DNA from: an uncultured bacterium
GTDB taxonomy: Bacteria > Krumholzibacteriota > Krumholzibacteriia > JACNKJ01
Direction: 5' to 3'
Length of the DNA stretch: 64,000 nucleotides
Assembly (NCBI GenBank): GCA_963695095.1
Contig: CAVOFT010000001.1
Coordinates: 1,696,001 to 1,760,000 of the forward strand
Shown: in pieces, positions 1-10,288 of the stretch
Layout of the letters: every line of letters begins with the position of its first letter
Numbering within the stretch: the first letter of the stretch is position 1
Translations under genes and position numbers: made by a program
The notes under the pieces: model-generated
Told to the model about the DNA's origin: nothing
Seen by the model: the letters and a program-made list of their open reading frames with translations, nothing else
Databases searched by the model: none

Positions 1-1
1 A

Positions 2-283
2 GAGGAGATCAGCGCCCTGCTCGTGCAGCAGTATGAGCAGTCTCGCTTGCAGGCCGCCAGCACGGTGTCCACGCTACGCATCCTCGACTCGCCGCAAGAG
101 CCGACCTTGCCGGTGTGGCCGCGAAAGAAGCTGGTGGTGGCAGCTGCCACGCTGCTTGCGTTCCTGGCTTTCAGCGCCCTCGCGCTCTGGCTGGAATTCG
201 TCGAGCGCGTTCGCCAAAATGCCGAGGGACGCTGGGAGAACTGGCAGTGGCTGCCGGGAAGAGCCCGCAGCCCGCGCGCCTGA
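2..283 (+). CDS. C-terminal end of a Wzz/Wzc-type polysaccharide co-polymerase (5' truncated by window)
   Basis: 'LRILDSPQEPTLPVWPRKKLVVAAA' Pro-rich motif followed by a TM helix, typical of chain-length determinants. Confidence 0.7.
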   Translation, partial: EEISALLVQQYEQSRLQAASTVSTLRILDSPQEPTLPVWPRKKLVVAAATLLAFLAFSALALWLEFVERVRQNAEGRWENWQWLPGRARSPRA

Positions 284-301
284 TTCACGCAGGAGGTCGA
301 C

Positions 302-1054
302 ATGGACATCGCTTCGACGGCCTCACCGGCCCCATCCAGCCATCGCGCCTTCAGCGCCCCGCTGCGCATCTTCTCGGCGCCGGCCAGTGTCATGGCCGAT
401 GTCAAGGCGGGTCTGCCCTGGTGGCCGGGGCTGCTCATGCTGGCCCTGCTCGCCTTCCTGTTCGCGCCGACTGGATTGGCAATGTATACCGTGCAGAAGG
501 AGCTGATGACCCTCGATGTCGCGGCCGGCAAGATGCAGGGAATGGCCTTGGACGAACTCGGCCACCTGCCGCCACCGCTGCGATGGACCCTCATCGGCGG
601 ACTCGTCGGGGCGCCCCTGATCGGCCTGCCCCTGATCCTGCTGGCGAGCAGCTTCTTCTACTGGCTCGCGCTGACGATCACCTTCGGTGGCGCCCCGTAT
701 CGACGCCTCTTCGCCCTGTCGGTCTACACCAGCTTCATCGGGATGGCCTTCCAGGTCATCAACACGCTCTACCTCCGCTTCGCGGGGCTCGAGCTGACCA
801 CGCTCAAGGACATCCAGCACAGCTCGCTCAAGCTCAGTCTGGGCGCGCTCGTCAACAGCGAGGGCTTCCTCGCCAATCTTCTGGACTATCTAGGCGTTTT
901 TCAGCTCTGGGAGTTGTGGATCTTCGTCGGCGGCGTGGCCGCCCTCCTCGAGCGCAAGCGCAGCGCCGTGGCCGTCCCCATCGTCGTCTTGTTCGCGCTG
1001 GGCATGACCCTGCTCGCCTTCCTGGCCACGCTGAGTGCGCGCTTCGGCGGCTGA
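302..1054 (+). CDS. Yip1-domain integral membrane protein
   Basis: GGAGG SD; 'IFSAP..' N-terminal motif; about 5 hydrophobic helices; 'GVFQLW' motif. Confidence 0.7.
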   Translation: MDIASTASPAPSSHRAFSAPLRIFSAPASVMADVKAGLPWWPGLLMLALLAFLFAPTGLAMYTVQKELMTLDVAAGKMQGMALDELGHLPPPLRWTLIGGLVGAPLIGLPLILLASSFFYWLALTITFGGAPYRRLFALSVYTSFIGMAFQVINTLYLRFAGLELTTLKDIQHSSLKLSLGALVNSEGFLANLLDYLGVFQLWELWIFVGGVAALLERKRSAVAVPIVVLFALGMTLLAFLATLSARFGG

Positions 1055-1105
1055 GCCGGCGAAGGGGCGGGTAGTCCAGGGCAAGCGGCTAGCCGCAGGC
1101 CTCTG

Positions 1106-1134
1106 TTGACAGCGAGCGGGCAAGCTGCTAGCTT
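1106..1134 (+). promoter_or_regulatory. sigma70-type promoter upstream of the EF-G paralog operon
   Basis: TTGACA (1106-1111), 17 bp spacer, TAGCTT (1129-1134). Confidence 0.75.
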
Positions 1135-1224
1135 GGCTAGGTTGTTTTCCCGCAACCGTTTGAACCCCGACATTCAGGATTTTCCCACCCATGGTGGGCA
1201 CTCCTGCGGCAGGAGGGCGGATTG

Positions 1225-3285
1225 GTGAAGAGCTTTGGCCCCGAAGACATCAGAAACATCGCCCTCCTTGGGCATCAGAGCAGCGGCAAGACCACCCTGG
1301 GTCAGGCCATCCTCTTCGTCACTGGAACGCTCAATCGTTTCGAACGGGTCGAGGACGGCAACAGCTGCCTCGACTTCGAGGAGGAGGAGATCGAGCGCAA
1401 GATGTCCCTGAATGTCACCGCCGGCTACGGCGAGTGGCGCAAGCAGAAGGTCAACTTCCTGGACACGCCTGGCTTCGACGATTTCACCGGCGAGCAGCTC
1501 GCCGGCCTCGCGGCGGTCGAGGGTGCCGTGGTCGTCGTCAAGGCCGACAGCGGGGTCGAGGTCGGCACGGAGAAGATCTGGGAGCTGCTCAATGAGCGGG
1601 CATTCCCGCGCCTGATCTTCCTCAATCGCATGGACAAGGAACACGCGGACTACGGCGCCGCCCTCGCGCAGATCAACGAGCTGCTGCCCGGGGCCAGCGC
1701 CGTCCCCTTCCAGCTGCCCATGGGCCAGGGCGAGAGCTTCTGCGGCTTCGTGGATCTGATCCACCTGAAGGCCTATACCTTCGACGACAAGGGCGTGCCC
1801 GTCCCGGCCGAGATCCCGGCCGACCTGCAGGATGAGGTCGACCAGCTGCGCGATGCGCTCGTCGAGGGGGCAGCGGAGGCCGAAGAGCAGCTCATGGAGA
1901 AGTTCTTCGCCGAGGGCAGCCTGAGCGACGAGGAGCTGATCCGCGGCCTCTCCTCCGGCGTCCGCGCCGGGACGCTGGCGCCTGTACTCGTCGGCGACGC
2001 CCACAGCGGTCGCGGGGTGCGCTTGCTCCTCGATGCCGTGGTCGATTTCCTGCCCTCCCCGGTGCAGCGGCCGCTGGCCCTGGCCAGCGGCAAGCTGGCC
2101 CCGGATCCGGCGGGCAAGCCGACCGCACTCATCTTCAAGAACTTCTCCGAGATGAACCTGGGCGACCTCTACTTTCTGCGCGTCTTCTCGGGGTGCCTCG
2201 AGGCGGGCAAGGACATCCACAATCTGAACGGCGACGCTGCTGAGCGACTTGGCCAGCTCTACCTGGCCTATGGCAAGAATCGCACGGAGGTCGAGCAACT
2301 GAGCGCCGGCGACATCGGCATGGTGATGAAGCTCAAGCACAGCAAAGTGGGGGAAAATCTCGGAAGCAAGGGCGAGCAAGCCTTCGTCGCCATTCCCTTT
2401 CCGCATCCGAGCATCGAGATGGCGATCGAGTCAGTCAACAAGGCCGACGACGAGAAGGTCGGCACCGGCCTGGGCCGCCTGTCGCGCGAGGATCCTACTT
2501 TCCGCGTCCACTTCGACGGCGAGATCAAGCAGAACATCCTGGCCGTGCAGGGCGATACGCACATGGACGTCGTCCTCAGCCGCCTCAAGCGCAAGTTCAA
2601 GGTGACCGTGGCCACCGAGAAGCCGCGCATCGCCTACAAGGAGACCATCAAGAAGCTCGTCGACTCCCACTACCGGCACAAGAAGCAGACCGGCGGCCGC
2701 GGTCAGTTCGGCGATGTCTACATCAAGTTCGAGCCGCTCACGCGGGGAGAAGGCTTCGAGTTCGTCGATGCCATCACCGGCGGCGTGATTCCGAACAAGT
2801 TCATCCCCGCCGTCGAGAAGGGCGTGCGCGAGGCGATGGTGAACGGTGCCGTTTCCGGCTACCCGGTGGTCGACGTGAAGGCGACCCTCCATTTCGGTTC
2901 CTACCACAATGTCGACTCGGACGAGCACTCCTTCAAGCTGGCGGGCGCAATGGCCCTCAAGGAGGGCATCCGCGAGGCGGGAGCCGTGCTCCTGGAGCCC
3001 ATTCAGTCGCTCGAGATCAAGGTGCCCGACGATAACCTGGGCGATATCATGGGCGATGTCTCCGGTCGCCGGGGCAAGATCCAGGGTACGGAGCAGAAGG
3101 GGCGCTACCAGATCGTCAAGGCGACGGCGCCGCTGGCGGAGCTCTTCAAGTATGCGACCCAGCTGCGATCCATCACGGGCGGCCGCGGCAGCTTCACGAT
3201 GTCGTTCTCGCACTACGAGGAGTTGCCCAACGAGCTGGCGCAGCGCGTCATCGAAGAGGCCCAGGCCGCCAGGGCGGAATCCTAG
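1225..3285 (+). CDS. fusA: Elongation factor G paralog (EF-G2 type)
   Basis: GHQSSGKTT, DTPG, NRMD, KKQTGGRGQFG, five-domain EF-G length; non-canonical G1 and effector (RKMSL instead of RGITI); not in an str operon; GTG start 8 nt after AGGAGG. Confidence 0.9.
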   Translation: MKSFGPEDIRNIALLGHQSSGKTTLGQAILFVTGTLNRFERVEDGNSCLDFEEEEIERKMSLNVTAGYGEWRKQKVNFLDTPGFDDFTGEQLAGLAAVEGAVVVVKADSGVEVGTEKIWELLNERAFPRLIFLNRMDKEHADYGAALAQINELLPGASAVPFQLPMGQGESFCGFVDLIHLKAYTFDDKGVPVPAEIPADLQDEVDQLRDALVEGAAEAEEQLMEKFFAEGSLSDEELIRGLSSGVRAGTLAPVLVGDAHSGRGVRLLLDAVVDFLPSPVQRPLALASGKLAPDPAGKPTALIFKNFSEMNLGDLYFLRVFSGCLEAGKDIHNLNGDAAERLGQLYLAYGKNRTEVEQLSAGDIGMVMKLKHSKVGENLGSKGEQAFVAIPFPHPSIEMAIESVNKADDEKVGTGLGRLSREDPTFRVHFDGEIKQNILAVQGDTHMDVVLSRLKRKFKVTVATEKPRIAYKETIKKLVDSHYRHKKQTGGRGQFGDVYIKFEPLTRGEGFEFVDAITGGVIPNKFIPAVEKGVREAMVNGAVSGYPVVDVKATLHFGSYHNVDSDEHSFKLAGAMALKEGIREAGAVLLEPIQSLEIKVPDDNLGDIMGDVSGRRGKIQGTEQKGRYQIVKATAPLAELFKYATQLRSITGGRGSFTMSFSHYEELPNELAQRVIEEAQAARAES

Positions 3286-3305
3286 CCGGCGGGCAGGAGG
3301 TTCTG

Positions 3306-4058
3306 ATGTCGGGTCACTCCAAGTGGTCGACGATCAAGCACAAGAAGGCCCGCATGGACGCCCAGCGGGGCAAGGTCTTCACGAAGCTGATCAAGGAGAT
3401 CACCGTCGCCGCCCGCACCGGTGGGGGGGACGAGGACATGAATCCGCGCCTGCGCACCGCCATCCAGGCGGCGAAGGCGGCTAACATGCCGGCAGACAAC
3501 ATCAAGCGCGCCGTGCTGAAGGGCACGGGCGACAGCGAAGGCGTCGAGTATCTCGAGATCACCTACGAGGGCTACGGCCCCGGCGGCGTGGCGATCCTGC
3601 TCGACACGGTGACGGATAACAAGAATCGCACGGCGGCGTCGGTGCGCCACGCCTTCAACAAGTGCAACGGGAAGCTGGCCGAGCCGGGCGCCGTGGCCTG
3701 GATGTTCGAAACCAAAGGCGTCATCGAAATCGCGAAAGCCGGCGAAGTCGACGAGGAGTCCTTGATGATGGCCGCCCTCGACGCCGGCGCCCAGGACGTC
3801 ACCGACGAGGGCGAGAGCTTTCGCATCCTCTCCCCCCTGGACGCATTCAGCGCGGTGCAGCGCGCGCTCGAGGAGAACTACCGCTTCCTCGGCGTCGGCA
3901 TCGAGAAGCTGCCGCAGAACACCGTGGCGGTCAGCGAGAAGGACGCGCCCAGCCTGCTCAAGCTCATGGAGATGCTCGAGGACCTGGACGACGCCCAGAA
4001 GCTGACGGCCAATTTCGACATCGATGACGCGATTCTCGAGCGGCTCGCCAACGACTAA
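3306..4058 (+). CDS. yebC: YebC/PmpR family protein
   Basis: MSGHSKWSTIKHKK and YEGYGPGG; lies upstream of ruvC. Confidence 0.97.
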   Translation: MSGHSKWSTIKHKKARMDAQRGKVFTKLIKEITVAARTGGGDEDMNPRLRTAIQAAKAANMPADNIKRAVLKGTGDSEGVEYLEITYEGYGPGGVAILLDTVTDNKNRTAASVRHAFNKCNGKLAEPGAVAWMFETKGVIEIAKAGEVDEESLMMAALDAGAQDVTDEGESFRILSPLDAFSAVQRALEENYRFLGVGIEKLPQNTVAVSEKDAPSLLKLMEMLEDLDDAQKLTANFDIDDAILERLAND

Positions 4059-4070
4059 GGGAGGCCGGCC

Positions 4071-4574
4071 CTGGCCCGTATCCTGGGCATCGACCCCGGC
4101 ATTCGCCGCACCGGCTACGGCCTCATCGAGACGGCCGGCGCCGACTGGTGTCTACTGGACGCCGGCAGCATCGCTCCCGCTCCGGCGGCGCCCCTGCTCG
4201 ACCGCCTGCTCGAGATCGAGCGCGGCATCGAGGCCCTGATCGCCCGCTGGCGACCCGACAGCTGTGCCATCGAGAATGTCTTCTATCACCAGAATCCGCA
4301 GAGTACGCTCACCCTCGGGCGGGCCCAGGCGGCCGCCATGCTCTGCGCCGGGCGGCGTGGCCTGCCGCTGGCGCTCTACAGCCCGGGGGAGGTCAAGCAA
4401 GCCCTGACGGGCGGCGGTCGCGCCGCCAAGCAGCAGGTGCGCTTCATGGTGGAACGCATCCTCGGCCAGCGCTTCGGCGCCGAGTTGCCGGACGATCTCA
4501 CGGACGCGCTCGCCGTCGCGCTCTGTCACGCCGGGCGCCAGCGCAATCCGCTGGCCTTCGCCGAGGGGGTCTGA
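4071..4574 (+). CDS. ruvC: Holliday junction resolvase RuvC (apparent CTG start)
   Basis: Frame reads (L)ARILGIDPG...AIENVF...VKQALTGGGRAAKQQV...DDLTDALAVALCH; in-frame TAA at 4056-4058; GGAGG at 4060-4064. Confidence 0.92.
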   Translation: MARILGIDPGIRRTGYGLIETAGADWCLLDAGSIAPAPAAPLLDRLLEIERGIEALIARWRPDSCAIENVFYHQNPQSTLTLGRAQAAAMLCAGRRGLPLALYSPGEVKQALTGGGRAAKQQVRFMVERILGQRFGAELPDDLTDALAVALCHAGRQRNPLAFAEGV

Positions 4575-4575
4575 G

Positions 4576-5166
4576 ATGCTGGAGGCCCTCAGCGGCCGCT
4601 TGCTCGCCGCCGAGCCCGATCTCCTGCTGGCGGTCGGACCCGCCGTCCTCCGCCTGGAGATCTCCGCGCAGACACGGGCGCAACTGCCCTCCCCAGGAGC
4701 GGACCTGCGCGTCTTCGCCGAACTCGTCGTGCGGGAGGAGAAGCTGGAGTTGCTCGGTTTCGCCAGCGCCGAGGAGCGCAGCGTCTACCGCTTGCTCACC
4801 GGTGTCGCCGGCGTCGGCAAGCGGGTCGCTCTGGCCATCCTCTCGGCGCTGTCGCCCGCGGATCTGGCGCGCGCGGTGACGCTGGGCGATGAGAAGCCCC
4901 TGATCGCCGTGACCGGCGTCGGGCGCAAGCTGGCCTCCCGCTTGCTGCTCGAGCTCAAGGGACGCTTGGACGCCTTCTCGCCGGACGGACGGGAGGCGCT
5001 GCCGGTGCCGGCGGGCGATCCCCTCCGCGAGGAAGCGCTGCGCGCGCTCCTGGCGCTGGGCATGAACCGGGCGGCCGCCCTGCGCGCCCTGGCCAGCGCC
5101 GGCGAGTCGCCCCAGCCCGTTGAAGACCTGATCCGTCGCGCGCTCGCCGCTGCCGGCGAGCGCTAG
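4576..5166 (+). CDS. ruvA: Holliday junction branch migration protein RuvA
   Basis: LLGF, two HhH motifs ([15 protein letters not shown]), C-terminal ALLALG; lies between ruvC and ruvB. Confidence 0.93.
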   Translation: MLEALSGRLLAAEPDLLLAVGPAVLRLEISAQTRAQLPSPGADLRVFAELVVREEKLELLGFASAEERSVYRLLTGVAGVGKRVALAILSALSPADLARAVTLGDEKPLIAVTGVGRKLASRLLLELKGRLDAFSPDGREALPVPAGDPLREEALRALLALGMNRAAALRALASAGESPQPVEDLIRRALAAAGER

Positions 5167-5191
5167 CGCAAGGCCGCGAAGGAGTCCGGCG

Positions 5192-6229
5192 ATGACTGGC
5201 AGCGCTCCCCGCATCACGCAACCGGACGCCGAGGGGCCCGAGCGCCTGGAAGAACGCGCGCTCCGCCCGCGGCGCTTCGCGGATTTCGTCGGCCAGACGG
5301 CGGTGAAGGAGAACCTGCGCGTCTTCATCCAGGCTGCGAGCGCTCGCGGCGAGGCGCTCGACCACGTGTTGCTCTGTGGACCGCCGGGTCTGGGCAAGAC
5401 CACCCTGGCGGGCATCCTCGCCACCGAGTTGGCGGTCGGCTTCAAGGCCACGAGCGCACCGGTCTTCCAGACCGCCGCCGAACTGGTGGGCGTGCTCACC
5501 CACCTCGAGCCGCGGCAGGTGCTCTTTCTCGACGAAGTGCATCGCCTCAGCCGCGTGCTCGAGGAGCACCTCTATCCGGCCATGGAGGACTTCCGCTGCG
5601 AGCTGGTCGTCGACAGCGGGCCCAATGCGCGGCACTACAGCCTGCAGTTGCCGGCCTTCACCCTCATCGGCGCCACGACGCGCGCGGGCATGATCAGCGC
5701 TCCCCTGCGCAACCGCTTCGGCGTCGTCGCTCGCCTGGAGTTCTATGCGAGCGAGGAACTCGCGCAGATCCTCGCACGCACGGCCGCGCTCCTGGAACTG
5801 GAGGCCGAGCCCGCCGGTCTGGCCGAGATCGCCCGCCGCAGCCGCGGCACGCCGCGCGTGGCCAACCGGCTCCTGCGCCGCCTGCGCGACTTCGCCCAGA
5901 TCGAGGGCGCCGGCTCCGTCACGCGCGAGCTCGCCGACTACGGCCTCGCGCGCCTGGGCGTCGACGCCGCCGGCCTGGACGACATGGACCGGCGCATCCT
6001 CGAGACGCTCATTCACCACCACGGCGGTGGCCCGGTGGGCGCCGCCACGCTCGCCCTGGCGGTGGCCGAGGAGCCCGAGACCCTCGAGGACGTCTACGAG
6101 CCCTACCTCATCCAGCAGGGCTTCCTGCGTCGCACGCGGCAAGGGCGAGTGGCCGCGCGCCGGGCCTACGAGCACCTGGGACTGACCCCGCCGCGCGAGG
6201 ATGCGGCGCTCTTCGAAGATCCGGCTTGA
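5192..6229 (+). CDS. ruvB: Holliday junction helicase RuvB
   Basis: [48 protein letters not shown]. Confidence 0.98.
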   Translation: MTGSAPRITQPDAEGPERLEERALRPRRFADFVGQTAVKENLRVFIQAASARGEALDHVLLCGPPGLGKTTLAGILATELAVGFKATSAPVFQTAAELVGVLTHLEPRQVLFLDEVHRLSRVLEEHLYPAMEDFRCELVVDSGPNARHYSLQLPAFTLIGATTRAGMISAPLRNRFGVVARLEFYASEELAQILARTAALLELEAEPAGLAEIARRSRGTPRVANRLLRRLRDFAQIEGAGSVTRELADYGLARLGVDAAGLDDMDRRILETLIHHHGGGPVGAATLALAVAEEPETLEDVYEPYLIQQGFLRRTRQGRVAARRAYEHLGLTPPREDAALFEDPA

Positions 6230-7308
6230 TGCAGGCCGTGCCCGAGCGCCTGAGCGACTACGACTTTCCGCTGCCGCCGGCTGCGATCGCCCAGCGCCCG
6301 CTGGCCGACCGCGCCGCCTGTCGCCTGCTCGTCCTGGACATGGGGAGCGGCGCCATTGCCGATCGCCGCTTCCGCGAGCTGCCGGCCCTGCTCGAGCCGG
6401 GGGACCTCCTCGTGATCAACGACACCCGCGTGCTGCCGGCGCGCCTGCGCGGCCTGCGCGAGCGCGCGGGCGCCGGCGCGGCGGAGCTGCTGCTCCACAC
6501 GCCCGGTGCGGATGGGCGCTGGCTCGGCCTCCTGCGCCCGGCGCGGCGCTTCCGGCCAGACGACCGCTTCCTGGCCGCAGAGGGCCGGGTGCGCATCCAG
6601 GTCGAGGAGCCGGGCAGCGAAGGCGATCGCTGGCTGCGCTTGCTCACGCCCGCGAGTTGGGCGGAGGCGATGGCCCTGGCCGGCGAGCTGCCCTTGCCGC
6701 CCTACATCGCGCGCCCGGCGGATGTCCGCGACGGCGAGGACTACCAGACCGCCTTCGCCCGCGTCGACGGCGCGGTCGCAGCGCCCACGGCGGGTCTTCA
6801 CTTCGATGCACCGCTGCTGGCAGCGCTGGCGGCCCGCGGCGTGGCCTGCGCCGCTTTGACCCTGCATGTCGGGATCGGCACCTTCCAGCCCGTGCGCGTG
6901 GAGGACCCCGCTCAGCACCGCCTGCACGCCGAACGCTACCTGCTGCCGGCGGCCACCCGCCGCGCCGTGGACGCCGCGCGCGCCGCCGGCGGGCGCGTGA
7001 TCGCGGTGGGCACCACGGTGGCGCGCACCCTGGAAACCCCGGCCGCGGCTGACTGGGCGGCGAGCGGGGATCTGGCCGGCGAGACGCGGCTCTTCATCCG
7101 GCCGCCCTACCGCTGCCGGCGCCTGGACGGCTTGATCACGAACTTCCACCTGCCGCGATCCACCCTGCTCATGCTCGTCGCGGCGCTGGCCGGTCGGGAG
7201 CGCGTGCTGGCCGCCTATGCCCACGCGGTACTGGCCGGCTATCGCTTCTTCTCCTATGGCGACGCAATGCTGCTCCTGCCGGGCGCGGCCGGGAAGGGCG
7301 GCCCATGA
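6229..7308 (+). CDS. queA: S-adenosylmethionine:tRNA ribosyltransferase-isomerase
   Basis: LSDYDF, LPPYI, AAPTAGLHF, AVGTT, TNFHLPRSTL, YRFFSYGDAM. Confidence 0.97.
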   Translation: MQAVPERLSDYDFPLPPAAIAQRPLADRAACRLLVLDMGSGAIADRRFRELPALLEPGDLLVINDTRVLPARLRGLRERAGAGAAELLLHTPGADGRWLGLLRPARRFRPDDRFLAAEGRVRIQVEEPGSEGDRWLRLLTPASWAEAMALAGELPLPPYIARPADVRDGEDYQTAFARVDGAVAAPTAGLHFDAPLLAALAARGVACAALTLHVGIGTFQPVRVEDPAQHRLHAERYLLPAATRRAVDAARAAGGRVIAVGTTVARTLETPAAADWAASGDLAGETRLFIRPPYRCRRLDGLITNFHLPRSTLLMLVAALAGRERVLAAYAHAVLAGYRFFSYGDAMLLLPGAAGKGGP

Positions 7309-8441
7309 AGCCCTTCTTCACCCTCGAGGCCGTGGATCCCGAGACCGGCGCGCGCGCCGGGCGTCTGCACACGGATCACGGCGAGGTGCTCACCCCGGTC
7401 TTCATGCCGGTGGGCACGCAGGCGGCGGTGAAGACCCTCACCGCCGAGCAGCTCGAGGACCTGGACGCCCAGATCATCCTGGCCAATACCTATCACCTCT
7501 ACCTGCGCCCCGGCGCCGCCCGCGTGGCCGCTGCCGGTGGCGTCCACGGCCTGTCCGCCTGGCGGCGGGCTCTGCTCAGCGACAGCGGCGGCTACCAGTT
7601 CTACTCGCTGCGCGAACTGAGCACGGTCAGCGAGGAGGGGGTCGGCTTTCGCTCGCATCTGGATGGCTCCAAGCACTTCCTCAGCCCGGAGGATGTGATC
7701 GATGTCGAGGCCGCCCTCGGCGCCGACATCGTCATGCCCCTGGACGAGTGCCTGCCCTATCCAAGCGAGCCCGCGGCCGCCGCCGCGGCCGCCGCCCGCA
7801 CCGCCCGCTGGGCGCGGCGCTGCCGCGACCGGAAAGGCCCGATCTTCCGGCACCACGCGCACCGGCAATTCCTGTTCGGCATCGTCCAGGGCGCGAGCTA
7901 CGAGGCGCTGCGCCGCGAGTCCGCAGCGGCGATCACCGCGCTCGACCTGCCCGGCTACGCGATCGGCGGCCTGGCGGTCGGGGAACCCAAGTCCCAGCTC
8001 CTGGACCTGACGGCCCTGTGCACGAGCCTGCTGCCCGCCGACCGGCCTCGCTACCTGATGGGGGTGGGCTTTCCCGAGGATCTCCTGCGCTGCATAGCCC
8101 TGGGCGTCGACATGTTCGACTGCGTGATGCCTACCCGCAACGCGCGCAAGGGCACGCTCTTCACGCGCGCGGGCAGGCTGGTGGTCCGGAACGCCGCCTA
8201 TGCCGACGATGCGAATCCGCCGGAGGCCGGTTGCGCCTGCCCCTGCTGTCGCCGCTACAGCCGCGCTTACCTGCGCCATCTCATCCATGCCGGCGAAGCG
8301 ACCGGGATGACGCTTGCGACCCTACACAATCTGTACTTCTATTTGGACTTGATGCGCGGCGCCCGCAGCGCCATTGTAGACGGGCGCTACGGCGCCTGGC
8401 AGCGCGCCTTCTTCGCCGACTACGCGATGGCCAGCGACTGA
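7305..8441 (+). CDS. tgt: tRNA-guanine transglycosylase
   Basis: TPVFMPVGT, NTYHL, DSGGYQ, DMFDCVMPTRNAR, CxCxxC zinc motif. Confidence 0.98.
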   Translation: MKPFFTLEAVDPETGARAGRLHTDHGEVLTPVFMPVGTQAAVKTLTAEQLEDLDAQIILANTYHLYLRPGAARVAAAGGVHGLSAWRRALLSDSGGYQFYSLRELSTVSEEGVGFRSHLDGSKHFLSPEDVIDVEAALGADIVMPLDECLPYPSEPAAAAAAAARTARWARRCRDRKGPIFRHHAHRQFLFGIVQGASYEALRRESAAAITALDLPGYAIGGLAVGEPKSQLLDLTALCTSLLPADRPRYLMGVGFPEDLLRCIALGVDMFDCVMPTRNARKGTLFTRAGRLVVRNAAYADDANPPEAGCACPCCRRYSRAYLRHLIHAGEATGMTLATLHNLYFYLDLMRGARSAIVDGRYGAWQRAFFADYAMASD

Positions 8442-8474
8442 CCCCGGTTGCCACCGGTTCACAAAGGAGCCCCG

Positions 8475-8765
8475 ATGCCCTTCCTTCTGCAGGCCCAGCA
8501 ATCCGCCCCCGCTTGGAGTCCCATTCTCCTCATGGTGGGCATGTTCGCCGTCCTCTACTTCTTCATGATCCGCCCGCAGCAGAAGCGCGCCAAGGAGCAT
8601 CAGGCGATGCTCAAGACCCTGGCCAAGGGCGACCACGTGCTCACTTCGGGCGGCATCTTCGGCAGCGTGGTGGGCGTCAAGGACGACCGCGTCGTCGTGC
8701 GCGTGGACGAGAACTGCAAACTCGAAGTGGCCATCGGCAACATCACGGCCAAGACGGACAAGTAG
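8475..8765 (+). CDS. yajC: Preprotein translocase subunit YajC
   Basis: YFFMIRPQQKR...GDHVLTSGGIFG; follows tgt; AAGGAG SD. Confidence 0.96.
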   Translation: MPFLLQAQQSAPAWSPILLMVGMFAVLYFFMIRPQQKRAKEHQAMLKTLAKGDHVLTSGGIFGSVVGVKDDRVVVRVDENCKLEVAIGNITAKTDK

Positions 8766-9293
8766 ATGGGACTCTCGCTCAAGTACATCGGCTGCGATGT
8801 GCTGCGCACCCGCGGGACGCGAGTCACGGCCTTCGGGGCGGCGCTGGAGCAGCACCTGCCGCGCATGATCGAGATCATGCGCGAGGAGGGCGGGGTCGGC
8901 CTGGCGGCCCCGCAGGTCGGGCTGTCCGAGCACTTCTTCATCGTGATCGCCAATGCCGACGACGAAGAGCGCGAGCAGGACGAGATCCTGCTCATGGCCA
9001 ATGTCGAGGTGCTCGAGGCCTCCAGCGAGACCATCGCCATCGAGGAGGGTTGCCTGTCCATCCCCGGCCTGCGCGCCGAGGTCACGCGCCCGGAGCACAT
9101 CCGCGTGGGCTTCCACAGCATCGAGGGGGAGCGCATCGAACTGGAGACGGGCGGCACCCTGGCCCGCATCATCCAGCACGAGCTCGATCACTGCGAAGGG
9201 GTGCTCTTCGTGGACCGCCTGAGCCCCGCTCGCCGCGTGCTGCTGAAGAAGCGCCTGGCCGCCATCGAGAGCGACTACGCCGCCCGCAACTGA
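8766..9293 (+). CDS. def: Peptide deformylase
   Basis: GVGLAAPQVG, EGCLS, QHELDH. Confidence 0.97.
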   Translation: MGLSLKYIGCDVLRTRGTRVTAFGAALEQHLPRMIEIMREEGGVGLAAPQVGLSEHFFIVIANADDEEREQDEILLMANVEVLEASSETIAIEEGCLSIPGLRAEVTRPEHIRVGFHSIEGERIELETGGTLARIIQHELDHCEGVLFVDRLSPARRVLLKKRLAAIESDYAARN

Positions 9294-9319
9294 CGCCGCG
9301 GCCGATCCGAGGTAGTCTC

Positions 9320-10288
9320 GTGAGCTCCGCCCGCCCCAATCCGCCCGCCGTCCTGCGCATTGCCTTCATGGGCAGTCCGGAGCTGGCCGTGCCCAGCTTG
9401 GCAGCGCTGGCGGCGGCGCCGGACCTCGAGCTCCGGCAGGTGGTGACCCTCGGCGACCGCCGCCGCGGCCGCCGCGGCGAGGCGGTGCCGACGCCCGTGG
9501 GCGCGGCGGCGCTGGCCTTGGAGCTGCCGCTCCTGCGCTGGGAGAAGGGCGACGCCGCCGCCGTGACCGCCGCCCTCGCGCCACAGGCGCTGGACGCCAT
9601 CGTGGTCATCGCCTTCGCCCGTCTCCTCGGGCCGGAGCTGCTCGCGCTGCCGCGCCTGGGCTGCCTCAACCTGCACGCCTCCCTGCTGCCCTGGGGACGC
9701 GGAGCGAGTCCCATCCAGCAGGCCCTGCTGGAGGGCCTCACCGAAACGGGCTGGTCGGCGATGCTGATGGACGCCGGCCTCGACACCGGTCCGGTGCTTG
9801 CCCAGCAGTCGCTGGCCGTCTCACCGCGCTGGACGGCGGGCGAGCTCAGCGCCGCGCTAGCCGCGGCTGCGCCCGCCTTTCTGCTCAGCGCGCTGCGCGG
9901 CTGGCGGGACGGCAGCCTCCAGCCCAGCCCTCAACCGGCGGCAGGCATCACGCTCACCCGCAAGCTGCCGCGCGCGGCCGGCGCTCTGGATTGGAGCGAG
10001 TCGGCCCGCCAGCTGGATCGGCGCCTGCGCGCCCTCAGCCCCCGGCCCGGCTGCTGGTGCCACCGGGATGGCAAGCGGCTGGCCGTCCTGCGCGCGCAAC
10101 CGGCGCCGGGCCGGGCTGGCGCCGCTCCAGGCGAAGTGCTCGCCCTGCGGCCGCAGCTGCTCATCGCCTGCGGCGAGGAGGCGCTGGCCCTCGAGTGGGT
10201 CCAGCCGCCCGGTCGCCGGCCGATGCCGGCCGCAGCCTACCTGAGCGGCCGCCCGCTCGCGCTCGGCCAGCGTCTGGAGAACGGATGA
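9320..10288 (+). CDS. fmt: Methionyl-tRNA formyltransferase
   Basis: IAFMGSPE, LNLHASLLP, MDAGLDTG; this is the C-terminal part of the long ORF 7217..10288, with a GTG start at 9320. Confidence 0.93.
   Translation: MSSARPNPPAVLRIAFMGSPELAVPSLAALAAAPDLELRQVVTLGDRRRGRRGEAVPTPVGAAALALELPLLRWEKGDAAAVTAALAPQALDAIVVIAFARLLGPELLALPRLGCLNLHASLLPWGRGASPIQQALLEGLTETGWSAMLMDAGLDTGPVLAQQSLAVSPRWTAGELSAALAAAAPAFLLSALRGWRDGSLQPSPQPAAGITLTRKLPRAAGALDWSESARQLDRRLRALSPRPGCWCHRDGKRLAVLRAQPAPGRAGAAPGEVLALRPQLLIACGEEALALEWVQPPGRRPMPAAAYLSGRPLALGQRLENG

Noticed and set aside
7217..10288. 1023-aa ORF
   Set aside because: Only the last ~322 codons are fmt; the rest is an off-frame overlap of tgt, yajC and def caused by stop-codon scarcity at high GC
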